From Eutreptiella sp. 'Long Island Sound 2002' (Eukaryota; Protista; Euglenida): a stretch of DNA of 64,000 nt. The notes beneath the pieces were generated by a model. It had not been told where the DNA came from. It ran no database searches and worked only from the letters and a program-made list of their open reading frames with translations. This document shows positions 12,551-23,053 of the stretch, piece by piece. The stretch spans positions 1,302,001 to 1,366,000 of the forward strand of contig OZ038378.1 of NCBI GenBank assembly GCA_964036045.1, written 5' to 3'. The first letter of the stretch is position 1. Each line of letters starts with the position of its first letter. A program made the translations under genes and the position numbers.

Positions 12551-14451
12551 CATGGTTGAGCACATGGAGCGCCTGCGGGCTTTTTTGGGAAACCGGAACA
12601 CTTTTTTTTTTCTTTTTCCCGTTAAGGACACCCCTGAGCACCGACCGTCGACAGTCAACCTACGGCGGCTAGTGTACAAGTAACTCCGCAATTCTAGTAG
12701 TGCGTGTTTCAATCCTAAGGCCCAACTACAAAGCCACAGCCCACACGGGGGGGGGGGGGGCTGCTGGCCAGGACCTGACCCCAAGGGAGGGGGGGGGGAT
12801 TTACGGACCTCAAAATGGTTGTATGGGTCAATGGATTTTGAGGGCTCCAGAGGCACCGGAGATTTTGTTTTAGGCATATGCCAGGGGGGAGCATTTTGTT
12901 TTACCCTATGTGTCTATACTCAAAATACTCAGAAGTTTTTGTGGAGAAGTCAAAAATGGGTGAAAAACACAAAAACCACTGGGTGTGCTGCCTCCCTACT
13001 CCACCCCTAAGGGCCATGGGCTTGGGGGGGTGGGGTCAAGCCCCCACAATCCAGGGCAGGTCCGGAAAGGGGGCTCTCATCAAGCCTTCATAAAAAGGTT
13101 GGCCTTTCGGCTGGCTGCGCCTCAAAAGCAAGCTGCATGATCCCCCATGATTTCCACCTCAACATGTTCGTTGCATCATGGGCTCCTGGTATCTCCCACT
13201 CGCTCACGATGGTCACCCAATGAGCCCATGCAAATATCATATGGTCATATCGAGCAAATCATCATGTGTGACCCTTTCGTGGGACGAGCTTGTACCAACT
13301 GCCCCTGCCAATGGCAGTTGTAACTGATCGGGACCACTCCAAACCGTTGTACTGACCCTCTTCAACTGCATTCGCCCCCCCACTCCCCCTCCTGGGCCTC
13401 CCAGGCTGGCAGGAGTGTCCAGAAAAGAGGCTCCAGTGAGCCCCCGTCCAGCTCCACAGATGGCACTGTATGCATCCGGGGTGGGCACAGGGCAGGGGGC
13501 TAGACACAGCTGTGGCCACTAGGGCCTTGTATGCGAACCCCTGCCCCGTTTTGAAAGATAGCGGTCCCGGCGGTGTGATCCGTGGGACCACAGTTGGTCT
13601 CACTCGGGCCCAGAAGCGGCCCGGCAATTTCTTTTTTCAGCCTTCAACAGTGAGGGTGTAGGACTAAGAAGTCTTCGAAATTGTTGTGCATGGTTGCGGA
13701 CGTTGTGGTTTCGCTGCTGCTCTTTGTGTTCTCTTTATACAGCCCAATGACACATCATCAGTATCCTTTTAGGGGCGGTGAGTGAGTCTGGATACCTAGG
13801 CCGCATACCCAACTGTTCGGAGGTTCCCCCCCCCTCCAAAAAAAAACACCCCCTGAACCCCCCATCCCCCCTTGCGCCCCCCCGGACCCTCCCCAACAGC
13901 CCCCCAGCCCCCCAATGTTTGACACATAGCTGGGGGTGGCTTGCAGCTTACCAGATCCAGCCCCCCCCCCCCCCCTGGACAACATGCGGGTGTATATCTT
14001 TTTCGGCATACACCTTTGATTTGTGCATGTTTTTGTGTGTGCCATGTGTCTTTTGCCTAGTTGGCGGAGGGGTGGGTGGGGCTTCGGCCATGACCCCATG
14101 ACATGTGGGTTTTGTCCAATGGGAGAGGGTTTCACTTTGTGTCAACAAGGGGACAACCCCTCCCCCCAGTGATGCATTAGAACGGCCGTACACCGTAGGA
14201 GGAGGTGGAACAACCCCCCCCTCCCCTGGACGAACCTCCACCCCACCCTCCTCCCCTTCAAATGTTTGAGGCTGATAGCCAAAATTTTGCTTTGGCGCCT
14301 TCGGCACCAAGAAGATTTGAGCTTTCTGCCCGCCTCCGGCGGGGACCATAGGGGACCCTAGGAGGAAGGGGGTCCCAGCGAACCCCCCCCCCCTTTCAGA
14401 CCCGCCCCTCTCCCCCCCTTCGAATACATGGCTGCCCCCCCCCCCCCCCTA

Positions 14452-15590
14452 CAACCAACCCCCCCCCCCTTCGGCGGCCGAATTCGGCCGATTTTGCCGA
14501 ATTGGTCTGCCGAATTGTTGGGTTTCTGAATCTCGCCGATTTGTTTTGCTGAATCACCAGGTTTCTGGGACTTTGCCGCCTCGTTTTGCCGACATGTTGG
14601 GGTTTCTGGGTTCTGGGTCACCTGAGTTGGAGGCGTCACTTACTTTGGGACACTGCATAATACTCTTTCTTTGTACATTGGTTGTTCAGATTGGCACCAT
14701 GAAGTGTTTTTACTGTCCACAAAAAGACATGTCTTTGGTCCCCTGGGATTCGTTGTCTTCCGCTGATCAAGCTTTTCTTCGGGACAAGTATCCTGATGCT
14801 GGTGAGGGGGCAGTTTGCGAATTTTGTGTTCGCTCTGCACGGCCCAGTGCGTCTTCAGCCGCCGTTCTTCGGGCAGCTCATCATCAGGCCCCTAGTCAGT
14901 GGATTCCGGGCTACTGGTGCCTGCAGTGGATTCTGTAGCTGTGTCTGGGGAATGCGAGGTTGCGGAGTCTTCCACTTCTGCAAAGGAGTCAGGTGCCCAG
15001 AAAGTGCCTGCAAAGCCTTCGCGTCCAGACACCTTAAAGAACGCCAAAAAACCCCGTGTGCTGAAAACTGTTACAATTGCACAGAGGGTTGAAAAGTACG
15101 GTAAGTATGGTTTGTATGATAACAACGGCAAGCTGTACACCTCTTGGATATTCAGAAAGTGCACAGTTTTCCCGTGCACATGAAAAAAAAAGCGCCGCAA
15201 ACTGAAGCGGTGGGACCAAGTTACCCCCCCAACACTTCCAAAAACCTGTCTTTGACTCTGGGTCCAGGTCACAAAATTGACCCCAACAGGGTTTTAACCC
15301 GGGTAACCCAAACTTTAGTGTTTCACAGCCCGACACTGTAACCATTCAACCAAGCATTTTCGGTCTGTAGATGCCATTTTTCGTCCTGTACAATCAGCAG
15401 GATGCAAAAATTTTTTCAGCTAATAAGGGTTTCCACATGTCTCTGACAACACAGCAACCAAAGGCACAGTGTGTTTGGGGGGCCAGGGCCATAATCCTGG
15501 TGACTGGGAAGCATTTCGCCGAAAAATAGGCCCGCCGAATTGTTCTGCCGAATTGTTGGGATTTCTTCGCCGAATTGGGGGGGGTGGTTG
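14452..15590 (+). mobile_element. Non-autonomous DNA transposon with imperfect TIRs, TA flanks and a CGGBP1-like zinc-finger remnant
   Basis: Left TA|CAACCAACCCCCCCCCCCTTCGGCG and right CGCCGAATTGGGGGGGGTGGTTG|TA, with subterminal gccgaatt repeats. The internal frame KTVTIAQRVEKYGKYGLYDNNGKLY resembles CGGBP1-type DRVxEFxxxLxxDGGKLFC. A CxxC...CxxC ORF starts at 14699. Confidence 0.65.
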
Positions 15591-15753
15591 TACAACCCCC
15601 ACAAGTTCCCACACCCCTGGGTGTCACATCCTGCGGTTGGCAGCCCCCGTATTCATGCCCCCGCTACTGCCTCCATGTTCCTCGTGCAATGGCCAACTTT
15701 ATGACTCCCCCACTTTGCTTCCTCATCTGCATCCTCGTGTATCTCCCCTGCAG

Positions 15754-15943
15754 ATCACGTCAGGGTGCGGCCCGGGCTGGTCGTGATCAAAAATGCCCTC
15801 AGTGTCCCGCTGCAGCAACAGGTTGTTTCCTCTTTGGATGACTCCCATGCCCTTGATCCCCCACTGCCAACCTCAACGCCCAAGTTCCCAGAACACCCAC
15901 TGTTTCAGTACCATTGGGCACATCACCCCTCATGCCCCACATG
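15754..15943 (+). CDS. alkB: Probable upstream exon of the AlkB-like gene
   Basis: Acceptor ccctgcAG at 15752-53. Translation DHVRVRPGLVVIKNALSVPLQQQVV resembles the AlkB N-terminal RPGxVxLKxxLSxxxQ segment. Donor G|GTGAGT at 15944, with an alternative donor at 15822. Intermediate exons were not resolved. Confidence 0.55.
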
Positions 15944-16204
15944 GTGAGTAGCATGGCCCCCCGCTAAAGCTGCCAGCCCCTTCCTTTAGTACTGGCGGGC
16001 GGGGATTCCATGAGGGAGACATTTTCTGTTTAGCAAGTTATCTGCGAACGTTTTGGATATGATTTGTTTAGATTTCTCAAAAGATTTCAAAGGATTCAGA
16101 TTTTTTTTCAAATATTTGGAGTCTTTGGGTTTTGGGTATAAGTGGTTCAGATTTTTCAACAGCTTTCAACAGGGTTTTCCGGCGGTTTTTTTCTCTTGCA
16201 TTTC

Positions 16205-16580
16205 CAGACCATAGCACACAACACCACACCACACCACACCCCTGGGTCTTAAGCTCACACCATTGACAGCGCACTTTGCACCACACTAAACCATAATACA
16301 CCACCAGAGTACACTGCAACACACCACATGACACCACACGACATGGCGCATGCCACCAAACCATATTGCCCCTGCCCACAATGCCAAACCACACCACAAC
16401 ACAGCATGCCATTCCACAACCTCCACAGCACAGCCCAACACATCACACCACACCACACCACACAACACCACATCAATCAATGAACAACAACACTCCGAAC
16501 GACGCCATGCTACACCGTACCAGATCAAAGTGGACCATTCCAAGCCACGCTACACACCACCACACAACACAACCTATGTC
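16205..16580 (+). repeat. CAC/ACACC-rich low-complexity tract
   Basis: Repeated accacac units. Confidence 0.85.
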
Positions 16581-17368
16581 ATACCACGTCAAAATTTTGC
16601 ACAAGCATAGGTTTCCGTAGGCCTGAAGTGTGTGGATCTCTGCGAAATTTGTGCTAATTTCGCACAGATTTGCATTCGCAAAGGTTTCTGAAGGATACAC
16701 GAATGTGCAGCATGAATGGGCTGTGAATGTGGTGTTCGGGGGCCACTGTGACGGCATAGCGTGTTGAAGGCGGGTGATTCTTGTTCGTAGATCCCATGTT
16801 TGAATTTTTTCCTAGAAGTTTTAGAAATAGAGCCAACCCTGCCAAAAAGGGAAGCATAGGGCAAAGTGTACGTAAAGCCACCCAAACTCGCACGCTCATT
16901 CAACAGTTCCGTTCACGGCCGCTCACAAGGGGTGCATGCTGGAATGTTCCCCCACTTTTGTTGCTAAGTCAGATCACAAAGCTGTGGTCCTAAAGGTCGC
17001 ACCAGGGACCAGGAGTCCCACCAAAGGCGACAACGCTGTTCGATCTCTTCCTCAACGACCCCCCTTTAAGATTTGTCTTCGGAGGGCCAGCTATCGAATA
17101 TCCAAGCCTCAGGCCACCAATGGCGAGCAGAGACTCAAGAGCATATTGAAAAAGTAGCCTACAAGTTTGAAAAAACCCTCAACACCCAGGCTTACACGGA
17201 ACTGCAGGTTGCCATGTTTCACTCCTCCTCAGTAGCAGTATGAGAGGCAGCCATTTCGCTGTTCAAGGAGGGGGGGACCTCCCTGGCCGACCACGCAAGT
17301 GCCTGCTCTATTCTCGTTGCCTGAGCCACCAAAAAAGATTCTCAGGAAAGACTGGACTGCGATTCTAT

Positions 17369-20002
17369 TCCAATTATTCGTATGATGTTGGCAAATTCTG
17401 ATGCAATGTGTGCCCCAGCATTGTTGCTTTGCCATTTCATCTTCTCTACCCATTTGTGGTCTTCTCTGATAGCTTGTCTCAATGCTGCCGTGGTACAACG
17501 GAGCGGTTGCTGAAGATTGGTTTGGGTTAGGGTTAGGTTAGGGTTTGGGGCAGCAGCAGCATGCACGACTTGGTGGACGGATGTTTTTTTGATTGAGGAC
17601 CACGATTCTGCATTTGTGCTGCGCCTGCTTGTGTGTGTTGTGGGATTTTGCAGCGTGTACTCAAGTTTCCTGGACTTTGGATTTTGGGATTTTGATACCA
17701 TTTGTGTTCCAGCTTCCTGGATTTTGACCATGGGGGGGCGCACCGTGCGCTGTGCCCGCGCTGTGCGAACTGTCGGCTGTTTTTCACCACCGGTAGCCAC
17801 AGGTCCCAGGGTCCTGAATTCTGCACCCTACAGCCTCTGCTGGTACACCAGGGATTTTTTGTTTTAGTCTGATGCTTGCCATGGGTCCCAGGGTCCTGAA
17901 TTCTGCACCCCTGATGCTGTTTTGAATGGATCATGCACGCTTCTGTAGGTGGGTGGCTTTCAGGGGTGTTCCCGGGATAAGCAACGTAATACTTGGCGCT
18001 GTGCCCGCGCTGTCCGAAAACGCCCCCTGGGGTTCACTCTGTCTCAGCCCACCCACACCACCCACGCTTAGATAGAAGCAAGTGATGCGCCAGTGGGCCA
18101 AGATAGGTAAAAACCATAGTGCATGGGCCGTGACCCATAGTGTATGGCCCACAAAACCCGTGGGAAAACATAGTTCTATTGGCCAAAAGGGATCAGTGCC
18201 CGGCTCGTCACAATAAATGAAGCAAATTTGGCATATAGATAACACACGGAATAAAGTAAAACTCCATGCACACTGAAACACACCATGCACATCGGACACA
18301 CAGAACATATTGGATGTGGTCCATGTTAGCATGCATTGCATTACGAGGAACCCCCATCAGCGAGATGTAGCCGTACGTCGCGTAGCCACGTGCACGGACA
18401 GTACACAGACGCCCCCCCCTTCCCCCAACACACACGTACACACACACTCCACTGTCCCATCCCGCCCCTCCCCGCTGGGCAAGGCGGCACAATCCCGCAG
18501 CAAGTGCAACTCTCCGTCACGTCGCTGTGTCGCGAGCACCAGGCCCCCTGCGTGCTGACCCACTCGAGTGTCCGGTCCTTCGCCGCTGGTCAAAAAGTGC
18601 TAGACAAGCTGAAAACAGCACCAGATGACACATTTGAAGCCCAACCCTAGCGCAAAAAAAGAAGAACAGGAAATCTTTTGCCTCTCCAATTATTCGTATG
18701 ATGTTGGCAAATTCTGATGCAATGTGTGCCCCAGCATTGTTGCTTTGCCATTTCATCTTCTCTACCCATTTGTGGTCTTCTCTGATAGCTTGTCTCAATG
18801 CTGCCGTGGTACAACGGAGCGGTTGCTGAAGATTGGTTTGGGTTAGGGTTAGGTTAGGGTTTGGGGCAGCAGCAGCATGCACGACTTGGTGGACGGATGT
18901 TTTTTTGATTGAGGACCACGATTCTGCATTTGTGCTGCGCCTGCTTGTGTGTGTTGTGGGATTTTGCAGCGTGTACTCAAGTTTCCTGGACTTTGGATTT
19001 TGGGATTTTGATACCATTTGTGTTCCAGCTTCCTGGATTTTGACCATGGGGGGGGCGCACCGTGCGCTGTGCCCGCGCTGTGCGAACTGTCGGCTGTTTT
19101 TCACCACCGGTAGCCACAGGTCCCAGGGTCCTGAATTCTGCACCCTACAGCCTCTGCTGGTACACCAGGGATTTTTTGTTTTAGTCTGATGCTTGCCATG
19201 GGTCCCAGGGTCCTGAATTCTGCACCCCTGATGCTGTTTTGAATGGATCATGCACGCTTCTGTAGGTGGGTGGCTTTCAGGGGTGTTCCCGGGATAAGCA
19301 ACGTAATACTTGGCGCTGTGCCCGCGCTGTCCGAAAACGCCCCCTGGGGTTCACTCTGTCTCAGCCCACCCACACCACCCACGCTTAGATAGAAGCAAGT
19401 GATGCGCCAGTGGGCCAAGATAGGTAAAAACCATAGTGCATGGGCCGTGACCCATAGTGTATGGCCCACAAAACCCGTGGGAAAACATAGTTCTATTGGC
19501 CAAAAGGGATCAGTGCCCGGCTCGTCACAATAAATGAAGCAAATTTGGCATATAGATAACACACGGAATAAAGTAAAACTCCATGCACACTGAAACACAC
19601 CATGCACATCGGACACACAGAACATATTGGATGTGGTCCATGTTAGCATGCATTGCATTACGAGGAACCCCCATCAGCGAGATGTAGCCGTACGTCGCGT
19701 AGCCACGTGCACGGACAGTACACAGACGCCCCCCCCTTCCCCCAACACACACGTGCACACACACTCCACTGTCCCATCCCGCCCCTCCCCGCTGGGCAAG
19801 GCGGCACAATCCCGCAGCAAGTGCAACTCTCCGTCACGTCGCTGTGTCGCGAGCACCAGGCCCCCTGCGTGCTGACCCACTCGAGTGTCCGGTCCTTCGC
19901 CGCTGGTCAAAAAGTGCTAGACAAGCTGAAAACAGCACCAGATGACACATTTGAAGCCCAACCCTAGCGCAAAAAAAGAAGAACAGGAAATCTTTTGCCT
20001 CT
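17369..20002. repeat. Near-perfect tandem duplication of about 1317 bp
   Basis: ccaattattcgtatgatg occurs at 17370 and 18686, with identical ORF sets offset by 1316-1317 bp. The only differences seen are one poly-G length change and one substitution (cgtacac/cgtgcac). Confidence 0.95.
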
Positions 20003-22055
20003 GCAAACAGTTGCAGTTTAAATGCAAATTCTCTTTGCGTGATCAGGTCGATGCAGTCATCCTGGATTTGGAGCGCATCGCCACAGAAATTGTCAACTTT
20101 TGGCAACAGACAATGTACCACCAAATTGGCGCTCTCCTCCTTTCTTTCTTCCTTTTTCAAAAAATCTAATTTGCAGGTATGCAATTTTCAAGCTTCTCTT
20201 GGGAACACTGGTCCACGCCGCTTTGGATGATTTGTGCACCACCTCGTCTCCAGGGCTGACGGGCTTCCAGCCTCTATTTGTGTGACTTTCAGACAGCACT
20301 TCGTTTCACACATGCACACCTTTCTCCTTCACTGTTGTAGTTTGCTGACGTGTCGTTTGCACTGGGAGCGCCGCCTGCGGAGTGCGGGGGAGGCTGGTAC
20401 CGCAGGGATGACGCCGGAGCGACGCATTTGAACTCAGGTATGTTCCCACCGAATGTCTGCTCCCCAAATCCCAGGTGCCGACAGGTGTTTGTCAGTGGAC
20501 GCAAGAGTCCTTTGTCCTGTCTACATGCAGTAAACCGTCGTTGGTCAGCCCATCACCACCATTGGTTGGTCCACAACTGCCGTTGGTTGGTGGCTCCGAG
20601 CAGCTGTTGTTAGCCTTTAAGTAGGCCACAGAAGGACACCCTTCCGTTCCTCCTTTGTGTGTGTCTATGGTCTGAGCTAAATACCACAGGGCGGTCCCTT
20701 AACAACCAGAATGTCTTTCTCGCGCGGTCAACCGCCAACCGTCAACTAGAATTCCACTTAGTAACTCAGCACCGCTGTGGGGAGGGGGCAGAGTTTCAGT
20801 TAGTGTGCATCCCAAACCTTTCTTCCGTGCATCCCACTGTATCCCAAACTTGTGTCCCGTGTATCCCACGGTCGGTATCCCAGACCTTCTGTGTTGTTCT
20901 ATTATAAACAGCGATGGCCCGTACAATCAAACAAATGACCCTGAAATCCATGATTTCTTCTGGTCCAACCTGCACCCCTGGAGGGTACTTGCTGGTAGCA
21001 ATGTAACCAGAGTAGCAGCAGTGGCTCAGATCCTCCATTGAAGAAGAGGAAGAAGAGGGTTGCCAGCCTGAGCACATATGGAAGATGCAACGGGAGCGGA
21101 TATTCAGCATCCCTTTCCATCACGGTACACACCAGCTTTGAGACGGGAGGGGTTTGATTGTATGGAAACATTATGATGCATCGCCACGGAGGATTTGGCC
21201 TGATCGGACATGTTTGTAGGCCATCGTTGTTTGTTGCTGAACGTCATCAATGGGCGGGGTATGGAAGTAGTGCAGCAGTATTGAGCCTCTGCTGTTGCAC
21301 TGCTTGAGGACCAGTGCACCTCCTCCACAACCACAGCTGAGGGGTGCAATTCCTTTCCACACGTTTGCTGTTGAACCGGGGCTGTAGTCTGTGGTGAAAC
21401 CAGCCTATTGATGCGCAAGCCTGGGCACTCGCTGAGCGTCGTGAAGGCTTGTGTGTGGCAGATTGGATCTGTGCGCTCGCCTGCCTGCTTCCACTGGAAG
21501 AGGACGTAGGCTGCAGGGTCAGACCTGAGGAAGGCTGGGCGAGCGCACGGGGGCTCGTTAGGCGCTTGTCTTGCTTTGATGATTGAGATGCATCGATGCG
21601 CAATGCCACCACGTTCCGATGTATCGCCCAGTCGGCTGCGTTGCACACGGCCCACAATCCAGCATCCTGACAGCAACCCGGGCGTCCCTCTGAGGTTCCG
21701 CGGTACCGGGAGAAGCGTCGACACAAAGCTCTCGTTTGAAGGCCGAGTTCTCGGGTTCACCGTTCGCGAATTATCCATTTTGAGGGAAGAACATCCTCGG
21801 CCCTCAGTCATCTGTGTTTGTTTGTTTGCTTGTTTGGTGTTGGTGGGAGTTGCAGGTGGTATGCTCATCACCGCGGGCCACAGCCCCACCGGCGACTCTC
21901 CACGTCACGACCAGACTCCTCAGTAAATCCAACTCAACTCCGTAGCCATACGGACCCATAAGCTCCCCTGCCCCTTTTATGTATCCCACTGCTCTAACAT
22001 ACGCTCGCCCCCATCTGCACCGACGCTTCCGGTCCCGGACACACGCCATCCTCAG

Positions 22056-22261
22056 GGGAGCCGGGAGGTGAGTTCGGTGCCTTCTTCGAGGGCGTCGGCT
22101 GCTTTCCCAGTCAGTACCGGACGCTGTGTCGGCATTTCGTGGCGATTGCCTGCCGCTTGTCGGACGACATCCCTCACATGGAGCCCAGCATCTGTTTGGT
22201 GAACTACTACCCCCAAAGCCGAGGCATTTATTGGCATCGGGACAATTCGTCATCAGAGAAG
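22056..22261 (+). CDS. alkB: AlkB-family dioxygenase, internal exon with the HxD iron ligands (5' boundary uncertain)
   Basis: IPHMEPSICLVNYYPQSRGIYWHRDNSSSEK (P.xCLVNYY and HxD motifs). GT donor at 22262 joins in phase 0 to the 22799 exon. The open frame extends upstream to a TAA at 21995. Confidence 0.8.
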
Positions 22262-22798
22262 GTTGATGCCGTCGACGCTGGTACTGGGAGTGTGCCTGGG
22301 GGTGTGCGGGCGCCGCATGACAATGAATCACCTGTTGCCTCCCTCCTCCCCTGTTCCACGTCCTCTGCCATAGACTCGCGGGGGTATAAACGGTATTCCA
22401 TCCCTGGGTATCGAACCTAGGGTTCCTCCCCCTGTGTGTCCCTGTATGTTCCTGGACATCCCACACGTAATGCTAGCGGCCGTTTGAATGTGGGTACCCG
22501 TCCCTGCGCGTCCGGTGTGATTGTCCGTCTGCGTTCGTTTTACTTTTTTGTTGGGGGTGTTTGCTCTGCGGCTTTTGTTACTGAAATCATTGCCGGCGAC
22601 AAAGGGTGTCGTGGGCTGGAAGGTACCCCTGCCGATGGTTCAGCGGATCATCGGAAAGGGAAGTGGCCCACCTGCACGAACTGGTTATATGCCCCCCCCC
22701 CCGACCCCGTTTCGCTAGTTGACGTGCTGCCCATCTCCCCCCATGGTCGCTACCTGAATCATTGCACCGCAACGCGTGCGCCGCGCATCGTTCTCCAG

Positions 22799-23053
22799 GT
22801 CTCTGCTGCCAGGGGCTCGCCAGTCGTGTCAGTCTCCATCGGGGATGCATGCGATTTCGCGTACAAGGATGACCCCGGCGACACCGAGCGCTGCGTTGTG
22901 CTGGGGTCGGGGGACGTGCTGGTGTTCGGGGGCCCCAGCCGCCTCATCATGCATGCCGTGCCTAAGATTTACCCCAACACGTGCCCCAAGGGACTCGTGA
23001 TGCCTCAGAAGGGTCGGCTGAACCTCACCTTTCGGCAACAGGACCACGGCTGA
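22799..23053 (+). CDS. alkB: AlkB-family 2OG-Fe(II) dioxygenase, last coding exon
   Basis: Acceptor ttctccAG at 22797-98, then VSAARGSPVVSVSIGDACDFAY...LGSGDVLVFGGPSRLIMHAVPKIYPNTCP...GRLNLTFRQ. This carries the distal His and the RxxxxxR 2OG-binding motif typical of AlkB/ALKBH1-like proteins. Confidence 0.9.
   Translation, partial: VSAARGSPVVSVSIGDACDFAYKDDPGDTERCVVLGSGDVLVFGGPSRLIMHAVPKIYPNTCPKGLVMPQKGRLNLTFRQQDHG

Noticed and set aside
12215-12877. Trp/Gly-rich and Pro/Thr/Asn-rich ORFs
   Set aside because: Translations of the AACCGCC satellite.
14546-14938. CxxC...CxxC ORF as a host gene or AlkB 5' exon
   Set aside because: It lies inside the TIR-bounded element and frameshifts into the CGGBP1-like remnant, so it is treated as transposon-internal.
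17526-17545. Telomere or chromosome end
   Set aside because: Only about 3 imperfect TTAGGG units, and interstitial.
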